DNA from: Candidatus Dadabacteria bacterium
Lineage (GTDB): Bacteria > Desulfobacterota_D > UBA1144 > Nemesobacterales > Nemesobacteraceae
Assembly (NCBI GenBank): GCA_028823955.1
Contig: JAPPFE010000001.1
Location: forward strand, 22,560 to 86,559
Length of the DNA stretch: 64,000 nt
Reading direction: 5' to 3'
How positions within the stretch are numbered: the stretch's first letter is position 1; each line of letters opens with the position of its first letter. The notes under the pieces were generated by a model. It did not search any database, was not told where the DNA came from, and saw nothing but the letters and a program-made list of their open reading frames with translations. The position numbers were made by a program, and so were the translations under genes. Shown here in pieces: positions 31,581 through 42,344 of the stretch.

Positions 31581-33065
31581 TCAGTCAGTATTAAAACCCC
31601 GTATTGGAAGAGCTCTTCCGAACCTTTTGAGCTTCTTAATGGCCTTTACCTCGATCTGCCTTATTCTCTCGCGGGTAACGTTCAATTTTTTTCCTATTTC
31701 TTCAAGGGTGTATTCCTTGTCCTCATCTATACCAAAACGCATTTTAACGACTCCTTCCTCCCCGTTACTGAGGTTGGTGCAGAGCGCGTTGCGCATGATC
31801 CGGTTCAATTCTTTGGTTTCGAGCATGTCAAGCGGAGAAGTGGAAGCCGGGTCCGAGATAATATCCATCAGCCTGCAATCGTCCTCACCAATCGGGGACT
31901 CCAGAGAAATCGGGTCACGCGACACCTTCATGATCTTCAAGACCTTATCAAGAGGTATGTCCATTGCCTCGGCTATTTCTTCCGGTCTGGGTTCCCTCCC
32001 TAATTTCTGCATCAGGGATCTAGAGATCTTGTTCAGCCTGTTTATATTTTCGGTCATGTGAACGGGAATCCTTATAAGACTTCCCTGATCGGCTATTGCA
32101 CGTGTAATTGCTTGTTTTATCCACCATGTGGCGCAGGTTGAAAATTTGTATCCCATTCCATGTTCGAACTTTTCAACCGCTTTCATCAACCCCATATTGC
32201 CTTCTTGAACCAGGTCGAGAAACGGCAACCCTCTGTTAACGTATTTTCTCGCTATACTGACTACGAGCCTGAGGTTGCACTCGATAAGTGTTTTTCTGGC
32301 TTTCTTAGTAGCCTTCTTTGCTCTTTCAAACCTTCTAAGCACCTTTTTAAGAGAAGCGATTTCCTCCTCAGAATATTCAGATTTCGAACCATTGCCAATC
32401 GAATCGTCTGAACCATCCATCATGCAGTCACAATCCCCGCCCTCAATCCTGTCCACATATTCGACGGCCAGGTTGTATATCCTGTTGGCCTGTGTAGAGG
32501 AGAAATCGATTTCGTCAAGAAGTTCTACGGTCCGTTCGTTATTCTTTCTGATTCGTTTAGAGATCTTGGCTCTTTCGGTATTTGAAAGAGTTGAAGTATC
32601 AAGTTTTTTTCTCAGTTCTTCGGTCTCAGCAAAAAGTTCTCTGATTGGAAGAAAGTTCCTCGCGGAATTTCTATATGTTTCGCCGTCAGCGGGGGATTCT
32701 ACGTCCTCGCCTTGGTAGCCCGCACCAAGTGCCCCTTCTTTTATCTCTTCTTCGAGCTTGACAACCTTTTTCATCATGAAGGGGTTCTCTATTATCATTC
32801 TTGCGATTATTTTTTTGCCTTTTTCAATCTGTCTTGCTATCTCAACCTCTTCCTCCTTGGAAAGGAGGGAGTGCTGCGCAATAGCGAGAATGTACGATCT
32901 TATAGGGTCTTGGTCGGAATCATTGCTCTTTACGTGTTTGAGCTTGTCTTCCGCTCGAGAATCAGACGGGGCATTTTGAAAACTCTGTGCGGACTCAGAG
33001 AACTCCCCTTCGTCCTGCCCGTCGATTTCGCTCCTCAACCCGTTAGTCTCGTCGTTTGGATTCAA
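31581..33065 (-). CDS. rpoD: RNA polymerase sigma-70 factor (RpoD-type, divergent)
   Basis: [35 protein letters not shown] and TRERIRQIE motifs; lies downstream of dnaG. Confidence 0.9.
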   Translation of the reverse strand: MNPNDETNGLRSEIDGQDEGEFSESAQSFQNAPSDSRAEDKLKHVKSNDSDQDPIRSYILAIAQHSLLSKEEEVEIARQIEKGKKIIARMIIENPFMMKKVVKLEEEIKEGALGAGYQGEDVESPADGETYRNSARNFLPIRELFAETEELRKKLDTSTLSNTERAKISKRIRKNNERTVELLDEIDFSSTQANRIYNLAVEYVDRIEGGDCDCMMDGSDDSIGNGSKSEYSEEEIASLKKVLRRFERAKKATKKARKTLIECNLRLVVSIARKYVNRGLPFLDLVQEGNMGLMKAVEKFEHGMGYKFSTCATWWIKQAITRAIADQGSLIRIPVHMTENINRLNKISRSLMQKLGREPRPEEIAEAMDIPLDKVLKIMKVSRDPISLESPIGEDDCRLMDIISDPASTSPLDMLETKELNRIMRNALCTNLSNGEEGVVKMRFGIDEDKEYTLEEIGKKLNVTRERIRQIEVKAIKKLKRFGRALPIRGFNTD

Positions 33066-34855
33066 CTTGCAGTTCCTCTTATGGTCTTTTCCATACTCAC
33101 CAGATCCCTGTATTGCTCAACAAGTTTTCTTTCAAGGGTTTTATCTGAAGAATCACGCTGCTTGCGGATTCTTTCTATTACTTCATTACGCTTAAAAGCT
33201 ATATTTCTCAGTTCAAGCTCCTTCACGCAATCGTTTAGTATTTTCTCCGAAGTCGTGTCGTCTATCAAATCATCCGAAGAAAAAATTAACTCGCTCAGCA
33301 GTTGCTGCATCTCGATTTTCTCAAAAGAACTCATCAGGGAGGAAACTTCGGTAAACTCCCCTTCACCCACACGTTTGAGAATAACCTTTAAATCGCCATT
33401 TTCAAAATCCCTACCAATATTCTCAATCTTTTCGGCGCTCATCAGGTGGGGGAATTTAAGCAGTATCCTCACAATTTCTCTCTCATGAATGCTTTTTTCC
33501 GGAATCAAGGTCGTCGGTGCAAGCGACCCGCGGTTTCTTCCCGGATTCGAGGTTTTTACCAGAGAGAGAAACTCAGACTCCCTTATCCCGAAAAGCCCCG
33601 TTGCCTTGGAAACAGCTTCAGCCCTTCGGACCGGGTCTTTTATTTTTGAAACCAAGTCCACAAGAAATTTTATCGACTCTCCGGAAGACATTTTCTTTTC
33701 CCTGTACCTTGCAAAAGTGTCGTCAATAATAAAATCCGAGACATCAACGGCGGCCGCGATCAGCTCGGCGAGGCTCTCAGGCCCATGCTCCTCCAGATAA
33801 TCATCGGGGTCGAGGCCATCGGGAATACGGCAAATACTTGAAGAAATCCCCTGCTCAAGAAGAATCTCTCCGGCCCGGACGGCGGAACGTATCCCAGCGG
33901 TATCACCGTCGTAGACAATCACCACCTCCTCGCAGAAACGTCGCAGAAATCTGGCGTGCTCATTCGTAAAGGCCGTTCCCAAGGTGGCAACCACGTTGCG
34001 TATTCCATTTGCGTAGAGCTTTATGAAATCCATGTAGCCTTCAACTAAAACGGCTTTCCGTTTTCTTCCGATTTCACTTTTTGAGTGGTAGAGTCCGTAA
34101 AGAACGCTCCTTTTGTCGAAAACAGGGGATTCAGGGGAATTCATGTATTTCGGCTGTTTGGATTCGTCTTCGCTCAGAGTTCTGCCGCCAAAACCGCAAA
34201 TTCGTCCTGTTATCTCGTTTATGGGGAAAATAATTCTGTTTCGGAACCGATCGTAGTGACCGCTTCCGCTCTCCCTCGCAACAACAAGACCAAGCTCTTC
34301 GAGTTCCTTGACACCGATATTGTTTTTTGAAGCGAATTTCACAGCGGCATCCCATCTGTCGGGGGCAAAACCGAGCTTGAATTCCTCGATTATCTCCGAG
34401 CTGATTCCCCTTGATTCTAGGTACTCTCTAGCCCACGCGGAGTTTTTTGCTGAACTGCGGAGGTTCTTGCTGTAAAACGAACAGACAAGAGAATTTATCT
34501 CAAAAAACCTGGCCGAAGTGGCCTCTTTTTTCTTCTCACTTCTGGTGCGCGGACGCGGAGCCGGGAGCCTGACTCCGGCTTTCTGGGCAAGTTCCTTTAA
34601 GGCTTCGCGGAAACCTATATTGCTGTATCTCATCAGGAAGCCGAATACATCTCCTCCGGCTCCGCAGCTGAAGCAATGGAAAAAACCCTTCTCATCATTT
34701 ACGTGCATGGAAGGGTTGTTGTCGTCGTGGAACGGGCAAAGCCCGATATGGTTCTTTCCAGATTTTTTAAGGGAAACAAAGCCCTGTATGACGTCTACTA
34801 TGCTGAGCTTTGCCTTTATATCCGCTATCGCTGATGTGAAAGAAGAGTTCTTCAT
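33062..34855 (-). CDS. dnaG: DNA primase
   Basis: CPFH...CFSC zinc finger, FGGR, KYMNSPE, VEGYMD, YDGD and DPD motifs. Confidence 0.97.
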   Translation of the reverse strand: MKNSSFTSAIADIKAKLSIVDVIQGFVSLKKSGKNHIGLCPFHDDNNPSMHVNDEKGFFHCFSCGAGGDVFGFLMRYSNIGFREALKELAQKAGVRLPAPRPRTRSEKKKEATSARFFEINSLVCSFYSKNLRSSAKNSAWAREYLESRGISSEIIEEFKLGFAPDRWDAAVKFASKNNIGVKELEELGLVVARESGSGHYDRFRNRIIFPINEITGRICGFGGRTLSEDESKQPKYMNSPESPVFDKRSVLYGLYHSKSEIGRKRKAVLVEGYMDFIKLYANGIRNVVATLGTAFTNEHARFLRRFCEEVVIVYDGDTAGIRSAVRAGEILLEQGISSSICRIPDGLDPDDYLEEHGPESLAELIAAAVDVSDFIIDDTFARYREKKMSSGESIKFLVDLVSKIKDPVRRAEAVSKATGLFGIRESEFLSLVKTSNPGRNRGSLAPTTLIPEKSIHEREIVRILLKFPHLMSAEKIENIGRDFENGDLKVILKRVGEGEFTEVSSLMSSFEKIEMQQLLSELIFSSDDLIDDTTSEKILNDCVKELELRNIAFKRNEVIERIRKQRDSSDKTLERKLVEQYRDLVSMEKTIRGTAS

Positions 34856-34900
34856 TCAAAGCGGCTTAATCGGGGGGGCCTTCAGAAATAACTTCCGATG

Positions 34901-34924
34901 AAAACCGTCAAACTGAGACGGTTT
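34901..34924 (-). terminator. Intrinsic terminator-like hairpin between rpsU and dnaG
   Basis: Minus strand AAACCGTC-TCAGTTT-GACGGTTTT at the rpsU stop; same position as the E. coli rpsU/dnaG internal terminator. Confidence 0.6.
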
Positions 34925-35111
34925 ATCTTCTTTTCCTGCTTGAACTGCGTTTTTTGGCGGCAAACAGCTTCTTTTTTTTCTTTTCGCTCGGTTTTTCGTA
35001 GTATTCTCTCTTCCTTACTTCAGAAAGAACCCCACCCTTTTCAACCTGTTTCTTAAACCTTTTTAAAGCGCTGTCAATGCTTTCGCTGCTACCTACTGTT
35101 ATTCCTGGCAA
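34923..35111 (-). CDS. rpsU: 30S ribosomal protein S21
   Basis: [16 protein letters not shown] and REYYEKPS motifs; TTG start with a GGAGG RBS. Confidence 0.95.
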   Translation of the reverse strand: MPGITVGSSESIDSALKRFKKQVEKGGVLSEVRKREYYEKPSEKKKKKLFAAKKRSSSRKRR

Positions 35112-35144
35112 AAAATCAAAACCTCCATCCTCATGGGAGTGAAA

Positions 35145-35173
35145 ATCCTAAAGGATAAAAAAAAGGTTGTCAA
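35145..35173 (-). promoter_or_regulatory. Sigma70 promoter of rpsU-dnaG-rpoD
   Basis: TTGACA-17 bp-TAGGAT. Confidence 0.7.
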
Positions 35174-35202
35174 ATCACCCGCCGGCCGCTCTTTCCCGCC
35201 GA

Positions 35203-35391
35203 CTATTTCGATTGTTTTTCCAGAAGCGGGAATTTTCCAACCATCTCACGGTTCTTTCTTATCTCTTCCTCGATTCTGCGGGCGTTTCCCTTCTCGAATT
35301 CATGGTCGTAGGGCTCCTGGGAAACCCTCTGCTCTTCCAGTCTGCTGTTCCAGGAATCCCGCCTGTTTCTGATTTCATCCACAAGTCCCAT
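35203..35391 (-). CDS. Hypothetical 62-aa charged protein
   Basis: ATG preceded by AAAGAGG; co-oriented with neighbours and fills the intergenic gap. Confidence 0.5.
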   Translation of the reverse strand: MGLVDEIRNRRDSWNSRLEEQRVSQEPYDHEFEKGNARRIEEEIRKNREMVGKFPLLEKQSK

Positions 35392-35427
35392 GACAATCCT
35401 CTTTCAGGTGATTTCTCCGCAACCGTT

Positions 35428-36318
35428 TCAGTTCAAAGCGGCCGTCGATATTTTCATAAATTCAACCTTTTTCTCAATCTTGGGCATATACTCCTCAAGA
35501 GCATCTATTGTCTGCGGGTAGGGATGGCCTATACCTACCGCTATGCCTTTTTTCTCAGCAATCCTTACCAAGCGGTCAAGCTGCTTCATAGTATACTCCT
35601 TGCCCCGCTCGCTCTGGTCAATAAAAACATCCCTTTTAAGCACCTTTACTCCAAGCCGCCTCGCTACGCTGTATCCGCGGGAGTTGGGAGTCGTAAGGCT
35701 GTCAACAAAGTAAAGATCCCTAGCCTTCAGTTCCCGCATTATTGTTTTTACCGGCTCTTCATTCTCCATGAACTTAGAGCCCATATGGTTGTTGACTCCG
35801 ACTATGTTGGGGACGGCCATGATGTTTCTTCTTAGCTCCTCCCTCATCTGGTCCATCGAGAAGCCGAGCAGCAAAACTCCTTCTCCAGCGTCATCGGCCG
35901 TATAACCGGAGGCATACTTGGGTTCCATGGGGAGGTGGAGAATCACATCCTTTCCCCCGCGGTAAGCAGCGCGCGCAGCGTACAGGGAATGGGGAAGATG
36001 CGGAAGCACGGCTAAGTTAAGCGGTTGTTTGATCCTGAGTATTCTGTCAATCGACTCCTTGTCATAGCCCAAGTCATCTATTATGAGGACAACTCCCGGA
36101 CGCCGGGGCTCTTTCTCCGCAATCTTATCCGCCGCAGTAGGTGTAGCCTCCCGGGGTGACCAGCCGTCAAAAAATCTTTCGATATGCTTGAGGCCGAAAA
36201 TCGAAAAGGCGAAAAAGAAAACCAGAACCAGAACTGCGTGGGTAAGTCTTGCCGTGCGTTTTTTATCGCCGGTTTTTGCCGTAGACTGTCTTTTTCTCGT
36301 TCGCTTCTTCTGACTCAA
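35428..36318 (-). CDS. Divergent polysaccharide deacetylase (YibQ family)
   Basis: LIIDDLG, LHLPMEP, NNHMGS, FVDSLT, RDVFID and IGHP motifs. Confidence 0.92.
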   Translation of the reverse strand: MSQKKRTRKRQSTAKTGDKKRTARLTHAVLVLVFFFAFSIFGLKHIERFFDGWSPREATPTAADKIAEKEPRRPGVVLIIDDLGYDKESIDRILRIKQPLNLAVLPHLPHSLYAARAAYRGGKDVILHLPMEPKYASGYTADDAGEGVLLLGFSMDQMREELRRNIMAVPNIVGVNNHMGSKFMENEEPVKTIMRELKARDLYFVDSLTTPNSRGYSVARRLGVKVLKRDVFIDQSERGKEYTMKQLDRLVRIAEKKGIAVGIGHPYPQTIDALEEYMPKIEKKVEFMKISTAALN

Positions 36319-36330
36319 GCTCCTATCTCC

Positions 36331-37470
36331 TCACATGTGCTTTACAGTTTCCAACGCCCTTGCAAGCTGCGGGTCCGAGGGGGCATCCTTGTCGCCGCTT
36401 TCAACAAAAATATCAGGCTCTATGCCCTTGTCATCTATCAAAATCCCCTTGGGGGTGAAAAGCCTCGCCGTGGTTATCTTCACTCCCGTTTCCCCCGAAA
36501 GTTCTATTACGGACTGAACTGAACCCTTGCCGAATGTTCTCGTACCGACTATCTTCGCCCTGCCGCTGTCTTTAAGTGCTCCGGCAAGAACTTCGGAAGC
36601 ACTCGCACTCCCCCGGTTTACGATTACGGCAACGTGATTGGTCGGTATATCCATCCCCTCTCTGGCGAAATACTCCTTCGAAGTCAGTTCAGATCTTCCC
36701 TTCACGTTCAGGATAAGCCCTTTATCCAGAAACATGTCGCTAAGCGCAAGCGCCTGTTCAAGCAATCCTCCGGGGTTGTTCCTGAGGTCAAGCACAAGTC
36801 CTCCGAGCTTCTCACCGTTTTCCTCCTCAAGCCCCTTGTAAGAACTGAGAAACTCATCCGCAGAATCCCTGTGGAACTGCGATAGCTTTATATAACCTAT
36901 ATCTTTTTCGATCAACCTGGACTCGACACTTTTAAGTTTCACTATCCGTCTTGTGATGGTGAACTTATGGGTTTCCTCGGTTCCATCTCTTCTGACAACG
37001 ATATCAACTTTAGTTCCTTCTCTGCCCCTTATGCGGTCCAGAGCGTCAACTATGTTAGTCTTCTCGGTACTTTCTCCATCTATAGAGATGATCACGTCTC
37101 CCGATTTCACGCCGGCTTCCTGCGCAGGACTTCCTTCAATCGGAGATATTACGGTCAAAAACCCGTCGCGCACCGTAATCTCGATTCCTATGCCCTCAAA
37201 TTCCCCCATAGTTCCTATCTCAAGGTTCCTCAAGCCCTCGGATGAAAGGTAAACCGAGTAGGGATCAAGGGAATCGAACATGCCTTTTATGGCGCTTTGG
37301 GTGAGTTGCTCGGAGGAAACCTCTTCCACATAGTTTTTCTCTATAAGGTTCAGGGCCTTTGCGAAGTCGGAAAGGCCTCTGTACGTATCTTCTTTTGCGA
37401 GAAGTGGGGTTGAAAAAAGAGAAGCCGGAATTAACGCGTATACTATGAAAAAGAAGCGGAACTTTGTCAT
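36331..37470 (-). CDS. ctpA: Carboxyl-terminal processing protease, S41 family with PDZ domain
   Basis: LDPYS, DLRNNPGG, SASASE and FGKGSVQ motifs. Confidence 0.93.
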   Translation of the reverse strand: MTKFRFFFIVYALIPASLFSTPLLAKEDTYRGLSDFAKALNLIEKNYVEEVSSEQLTQSAIKGMFDSLDPYSVYLSSEGLRNLEIGTMGEFEGIGIEITVRDGFLTVISPIEGSPAQEAGVKSGDVIISIDGESTEKTNIVDALDRIRGREGTKVDIVVRRDGTEETHKFTITRRIVKLKSVESRLIEKDIGYIKLSQFHRDSADEFLSSYKGLEEENGEKLGGLVLDLRNNPGGLLEQALALSDMFLDKGLILNVKGRSELTSKEYFAREGMDIPTNHVAVIVNRGSASASEVLAGALKDSGRAKIVGTRTFGKGSVQSVIELSGETGVKITTARLFTPKGILIDDKGIEPDIFVESGDKDAPSDPQLARALETVKHM

Positions 37471-37596
37471 TGCGACCTACGTTTCCTGTAGTTTACCTGA
37501 AAGGATTTTTTTTTGGACTAAGCAAGTAAAGCAGGGTTTTCGCCCTTGATGAAAAAGGGGAAATAAGATAGGTTTACGGTAGATCGGTTTACTTAT

Positions 37597-37815
37597 ATGT
37601 CCACACTTTTTACTGGAATAATATCAGGATTTGTCAAAAGCTGCGTTTCCGACCTTCCCGAAGCATCCCGGGAGTGGGTTCCGCTGAAAAGAGCCCTTTT
37701 CTACCTGGGGGCACTTCTCATATACCCGGTCGCCCTGATCGTGGCCATGGTGGTAATTGCTACGGTCGTTCTGATCGCATATCCCGTTTCTTACATCTAT
37801 CGGGCGGCGAGCTGA
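37597..37815 (+). CDS. Hypothetical small membrane protein
   Basis: 72-aa ORF with a long hydrophobic C-terminal half, just upstream of uppS. Confidence 0.4.
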   Translation: MSTLFTGIISGFVKSCVSDLPEASREWVPLKRALFYLGALLIYPVALIVAMVVIATVVLIAYPVSYIYRAAS

Positions 37816-37855
37816 AGCGACGGTTGTCAGCAAAGCTCTCAAACAATGTCTCGTA

Positions 37856-38596
37856 ATGCAGAAAAACCGTAACATTTCCACGCCGGGTCCTATCCCCAGA
37901 CACGTTGTCATAATAATGGACGGCAACGGAAGATGGGCGAAGCGAAAGAATCTCGACAGGATGATCGGTCACAGGGAAGGAATAAAATCTGCAAGATCGA
38001 TGGTCCGCGCCGCGCGGGAGATCGGGATAGAATATTTAACTCTTTACGCATTCTCCGCCCAGAACTGGAAGAGGCCGGGGGAAGAGGTTCTCGCCCTAAT
38101 GGATCTTTTAAGGCAGTACCTCTCAAATGAAGGCGAGAAGCTGCTTGCGCAGAACACCAGGCTAAATGCGATCGGGAATCTCTCGAACCTTCCCAAAGAC
38201 ATACGTGAGCTTCTCGGGCGCGTGATGAAAATGACGGAGAAATGCGACTCCCTGACGATAACCCTGGCTCTTAGCTACGGGGGCAGGGAGGAGATAATCA
38301 ACGCCGTGAACAGCATAATCGAGGAGGGAAAGAAAAAACCGATTTCCGAGAAGGACTTTCAGGAATATCTCTATACCTCCGGCCTGCCTGAACCGGATCT
38401 GCTCATAAGAACCGGGGGAGAAATGAGACTTTCGAACTTTCTGCTGTGGCAACTGGCCTATGCCGAAATATACGTCACGAAGACACTCTGGCCGAATTTC
38501 AGAAGAAGGCATCTGCTAAAGGCCATCGCCAATTACCGTAACAGGGAAAGAAGGTTCGGACTGACAGGAGAGCAGATACGGGAGAAAGGGCGCTAG
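37856..38596 (+). CDS. uppS: Undecaprenyl diphosphate synthase (cis-prenyltransferase)
   Basis: IIMDGNGRWA, FSAQNWKRP and RTGGEMRLSNFLLWQ motifs. Confidence 0.96.
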   Translation: MQKNRNISTPGPIPRHVVIIMDGNGRWAKRKNLDRMIGHREGIKSARSMVRAAREIGIEYLTLYAFSAQNWKRPGEEVLALMDLLRQYLSNEGEKLLAQNTRLNAIGNLSNLPKDIRELLGRVMKMTEKCDSLTITLALSYGGREEIINAVNSIIEEGKKKPISEKDFQEYLYTSGLPEPDLLIRTGGEMRLSNFLLWQLAYAEIYVTKTLWPNFRRRHLLKAIANYRNRERRFGLTGEQIREKGR

Positions 38597-38597
38597 A

Positions 38598-39755
38598 TTG
38601 AAAAAAATCTCCATACTCGGATCAACCGGCTCGATCGGGTCGCAGACCCTTGAAATAGTACGAAGATTTCCCGAAAGATTCGAGGTAACGGGCCTTTGTG
38701 CGGGAAAAAACATTGATCTTCTTGCAGAACAGATAACGGAATTCGCCCCGAAGATCGTATCGGTTACCCGAAAGGACGACTCGGAACGACTCAGGGAAAT
38801 CGCCGGTCCGAAAACACAGATATATTACGGAGACGAGGGAAATATCGCAGTTGCTACGGAAGGCGATTGCGATCTGGTTATATCCTCCATGGTAGGTTTC
38901 CCAGGGCTTCTGCCTACACTGTCTGCAATACGGGCCGGAAGAAACGTTGGGATAGCAAACAAAGAATCTCTTGTGGTCGCAGGAGGACTTCTTATTTCCG
39001 AGGCAAAAAACCAGGACGTTACCCTCCTCCCCGTGGACAGCGAGCATAGCGCCGTTTTCCAGACGCTTCTTGAAAAGGACCGCGAATTTCTTAAACGGAT
39101 CATTATAACGGCATCGGGTGGGCCGTTTCGCAAAACCCCGAAAAAAGACCTGGAAAAGGTTACGGTCGCCGACGCCCTCTGCCACCCCACATGGAAAATG
39201 GGAGAGAAAATAACCATAGATTCGGCGACGCTGATGAACAAGGGGTTTGAAATTATAGAGGCGAGGTGGTTTTTTGACATGCCCGCCGAAAAAATATCAA
39301 TTTGGGTACACCCCCAGAGCATCGTGCATTCAATCCTTGAATATGTTGACGGCTCGTTCATAACCCATCTTTCCGCCTCCGACATGAAAATACCGATAGC
39401 CCAAGCACTCTCCTATCCCGAAAGACTCGATCTAGGGTGCCCCGACGCCTCGCCGGACGACCTCTCGGACATCACGTTTGAGAAGCTGGACACAGATAAA
39501 TTCGAGGCTCCCGCGATCGCAATTGAATGTCTCAGAATGGGCGGCACCTATCCAACCGTGCTAAACGCCGCGAACGAAGTGGCAGTAACGGCATTTCTTG
39601 ACGAGACAATAAAATTCACCGATATAATCCCGATAGTCAGGGAAACTCTCGAGCGTCACGACAAACTTGACTCGGGATGTCTTGACAATATATTAGAGGC
39701 GGACAGGTGGTCTAGGAGCACCGCCGGTTCTATAATGGAGAGCCTTCTTTCTTAG
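38598..39755 (+). CDS. dxr: 1-deoxy-D-xylulose-5-phosphate reductoisomerase
   Basis: LGSTGSIG, ANKES, PVDSEH, HPTWKMG and NKGFE motifs. Confidence 0.97.
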   Translation: MKKISILGSTGSIGSQTLEIVRRFPERFEVTGLCAGKNIDLLAEQITEFAPKIVSVTRKDDSERLREIAGPKTQIYYGDEGNIAVATEGDCDLVISSMVGFPGLLPTLSAIRAGRNVGIANKESLVVAGGLLISEAKNQDVTLLPVDSEHSAVFQTLLEKDREFLKRIIITASGGPFRKTPKKDLEKVTVADALCHPTWKMGEKITIDSATLMNKGFEIIEARWFFDMPAEKISIWVHPQSIVHSILEYVDGSFITHLSASDMKIPIAQALSYPERLDLGCPDASPDDLSDITFEKLDTDKFEAPAIAIECLRMGGTYPTVLNAANEVAVTAFLDETIKFTDIIPIVRETLERHDKLDSGCLDNILEADRWSRSTAGSIMESLLS

Positions 39756-41344
39756 TGATGACTACTATTCTGGCTTTTATTTTCGTAATAGGAATTCTGG
39801 TCTTTTTTCATGAGCTGGGGCATTTTCTGCTCGCGAAAAGAAGCAATATCAGGGTCGAGAAGTTTTCTCTAGGTTTCGGCCCGAAACTCGTTTCTTTTGT
39901 AAGAGGCGAAACGGAATACCTGATTTCGGCCCTTCCCCTCGGCGGATACGTGAAGATGTACGGTGAGGGCAAGGAAGATAACGTAATTGTCGAAAGCGTT
40001 GCAGACACTGAGTCGCCACTTGCCTCAGGGGACAGAATTACCGGGATAAAAGGATTCAGTCTTGAGCAGTATGGAAGCTGGGAAAAGCTTCTCTATGCGC
40101 TAAAGTCAGACCCGCACCAGGAAAAAGAACTTGAAGTTGAAAGAGATGGGAAAATCTACACTCTCACCGTCAGCGGCTCGGCCCTTTACAATATAGAGGC
40201 TTACTACGAAAAGGACTATCACAGGGGGTTTTCCGGCAAGTCTCTTACAGACAGATTCCTGGTGGTCATAGCTGGGCCCGCTATGAATTTCATAATTCCT
40301 TTTTTCTTCATGCCCCTTGTGTTCATGTTCGGCATAAGTGTCTCAGGTTATCTGGAAGATCCTCCTGACATAACTTACGTAAGAAAAGACTCTCCTGCCC
40401 ATCTCTCGGGATTCGCCGCGGGTGACAGGATACTCAGCATAAACGGAAAAGAGGTCAAAAACTGGAAAAATGTGAACGTGGCTGTTCACTCAAATCCCGA
40501 CTCGCTGCTTGAATTCAAGGTGAGAACCGGAAGCGAAACCAGGACTCTCACCCTTTTCGCCGAAGCCGGTTCCGATGGCAGGGTAGAAACCGGATTCGCA
40601 AGGCCCATAGAGGCAACCATAGCAGAGGTGGCTGAGGATCGCCCCGCCTGGAGAGCGGGGATACGTCTGGGAGACAGCATCGAGGCGATAGACGGCGTAG
40701 AGGTTACGGACTGGAACCATATGTCGGACATAATAGCCGAAAGCAGGGGCAAAGAACTTGATTTCACGATTGAACGTGGGGAAGAGAAAATGCATTTTCG
40801 CCTGGCGGCGGAAATGCAAGAAGACATCGAACGCTACATAATCGGCATCACCCCAACCACAGACAGGGTGCTTAAAAAATACGGTTTCTTTGAATCAATT
40901 AGCAGGGGAATAGCTGAAGCGGCGCGTATGACAGTTGAGATCACCATGCTTTTCTTCGGCTTCCTGTTCAAGCTCGTAACAGGAAAAATAGCGCTCGCAA
41001 CAGCAGGAAAAACGGTAGCGGGACCACTCCTTATAGCAAAGGTGTCGGGAGACGTGGCTCAAAGCGGCATATCGAACCTCCTCCAGTTCACCTCGCTTAT
41101 AAGCATAAACCTCGCGCTTATAAACCTTCTCCCTATACCGATGCTCGACGGAGGACACCTGCTTTACCTGGCGATTGAGAAAATAAAGAGAAAGCCGCTT
41201 AGCATAAAGACCCTCGAGATAACCCAGCGAATCGGGTTTTCCTTTCTTATTTTCATCATGGCGGCGGCGCTGTATAACGACATTCTAAGGATGCGCGAAG
41301 ACATATTCTCGCAGTTCGGCAGAATTTTAGACCTTTTCCGGTAA
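39755..41344 (+). CDS. rseP: RIP metalloprotease RseP (site-2 protease)
   Basis: HELGH, PLGGYVKM, AGPAMN, PDZ domains and NLLPIPMLDGG. Confidence 0.95.
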   Translation: MMTTILAFIFVIGILVFFHELGHFLLAKRSNIRVEKFSLGFGPKLVSFVRGETEYLISALPLGGYVKMYGEGKEDNVIVESVADTESPLASGDRITGIKGFSLEQYGSWEKLLYALKSDPHQEKELEVERDGKIYTLTVSGSALYNIEAYYEKDYHRGFSGKSLTDRFLVVIAGPAMNFIIPFFFMPLVFMFGISVSGYLEDPPDITYVRKDSPAHLSGFAAGDRILSINGKEVKNWKNVNVAVHSNPDSLLEFKVRTGSETRTLTLFAEAGSDGRVETGFARPIEATIAEVAEDRPAWRAGIRLGDSIEAIDGVEVTDWNHMSDIIAESRGKELDFTIERGEEKMHFRLAAEMQEDIERYIIGITPTTDRVLKKYGFFESISRGIAEAARMTVEITMLFFGFLFKLVTGKIALATAGKTVAGPLLIAKVSGDVAQSGISNLLQFTSLISINLALINLLPIPMLDGGHLLYLAIEKIKRKPLSIKTLEITQRIGFSFLIFIMAAALYNDILRMREDIFSQFGRILDLFR

Positions 41345-41364
41345 AATTACCTAGGAACAAGCCG

Positions 41365-41793
41365 ATGGCCATTGAGAAGGACAGCGAAGAAATACTCAAG
41401 ATCAACAACCTTTTTTACGAGGCCTTGGGAACCAGAAATCTAGAGCTGATGGGAGAGGTCTGGGTAAAGGACTCAAGATCCGGCTGCGTCCACCCGGGAT
41501 GGACAGCTCTTCGCAACTGGGAAGCCATAAGGCAGAGCTGGGAAAGTGTTTTTGATCCCCAAGATCAGGTTGACATCAGCATTTCTAACGTGACCGTGGA
41601 TATAAGCGACAACATCGCCTGGGTCACCTGCCTGCAGGAGATGGTATACATAAAAAGGGATCCGGTCATGTTTAATCTCTCTCAGTCAACCAACATATTC
41701 GAGAAGCAAAATGGCAGGTGGCTTATGGTCTTCCATCATGCTTCACCAATTCCCGTAGGTGGTTACGAACCGGATAAAAAAACCATACAGTAG
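41365..41793 (+). CDS. NTF2/SnoaL-like domain protein
   Basis: FYEAL, CVHPGW, TNIFE and WLMVFHHASP motifs. Confidence 0.8.
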   Translation: MAIEKDSEEILKINNLFYEALGTRNLELMGEVWVKDSRSGCVHPGWTALRNWEAIRQSWESVFDPQDQVDISISNVTVDISDNIAWVTCLQEMVYIKRDPVMFNLSQSTNIFEKQNGRWLMVFHHASPIPVGGYEPDKKTIQ

Positions 41794-41801
41794 CCGGAAC
41801 T

Positions 41802-42344
41802 TCAGGAAGTCTCTTCCTTCTGACTCATTCGCTCAAGATAGACCGAGGCACCCATCTTTTCAAGTCGCGCTGCCTTTTTCCTTACTTCGGAAGAAAGCTT
41901 CTTTTTGTACTCTGCTACTGCGCGTGAAAGTTCCGGATCGGCAACGGAAAGAATTTCAACGGCAAGGATGCCGGCGTTTTTCGCCCCGCCGAGGGCAACC
42001 GTGGCGACCGGGACGCCTGAAGGCATCTGCAGGATGGAAAGCACAGAGTCCCATCCATCAATCGAGTTTGAGGATTTTATCGGAACCCCTATGATCGGAA
42101 GGGGAGAAACGGAGGCCACCATTCCCGGAAGATGCGCCGCACCCCCTGCCCCGGCTATTATGACCTTAACTCCTCTTTTGTGAGCTTTTTTTGAAAAATC
42201 CACAAGCCGCTCCGGAGTTCTGTGTGCCGAGACTATGGTAACTTCATGCCCTACGCCGAATTGTTCCAGAACCTCAACCGCTTCCGCCATGACTGGAAGA
42301 TCCGAGTCAGAACCCATGATAACGCTTACTAAAATAGGTTTCAT
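41802..42344 (-). CDS. purE: N5-CAIR mutase
   Basis: [22 protein letters not shown] and [11 protein letters not shown] motifs. Confidence 0.97.
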   Translation of the reverse strand: MKPILVSVIMGSDSDLPVMAEAVEVLEQFGVGHEVTIVSAHRTPERLVDFSKKAHKRGVKVIIAGAGGAAHLPGMVASVSPLPIIGVPIKSSNSIDGWDSVLSILQMPSGVPVATVALGGAKNAGILAVEILSVADPELSRAVAEYKKKLSSEVRKKAARLEKMGASVYLERMSQKEETS

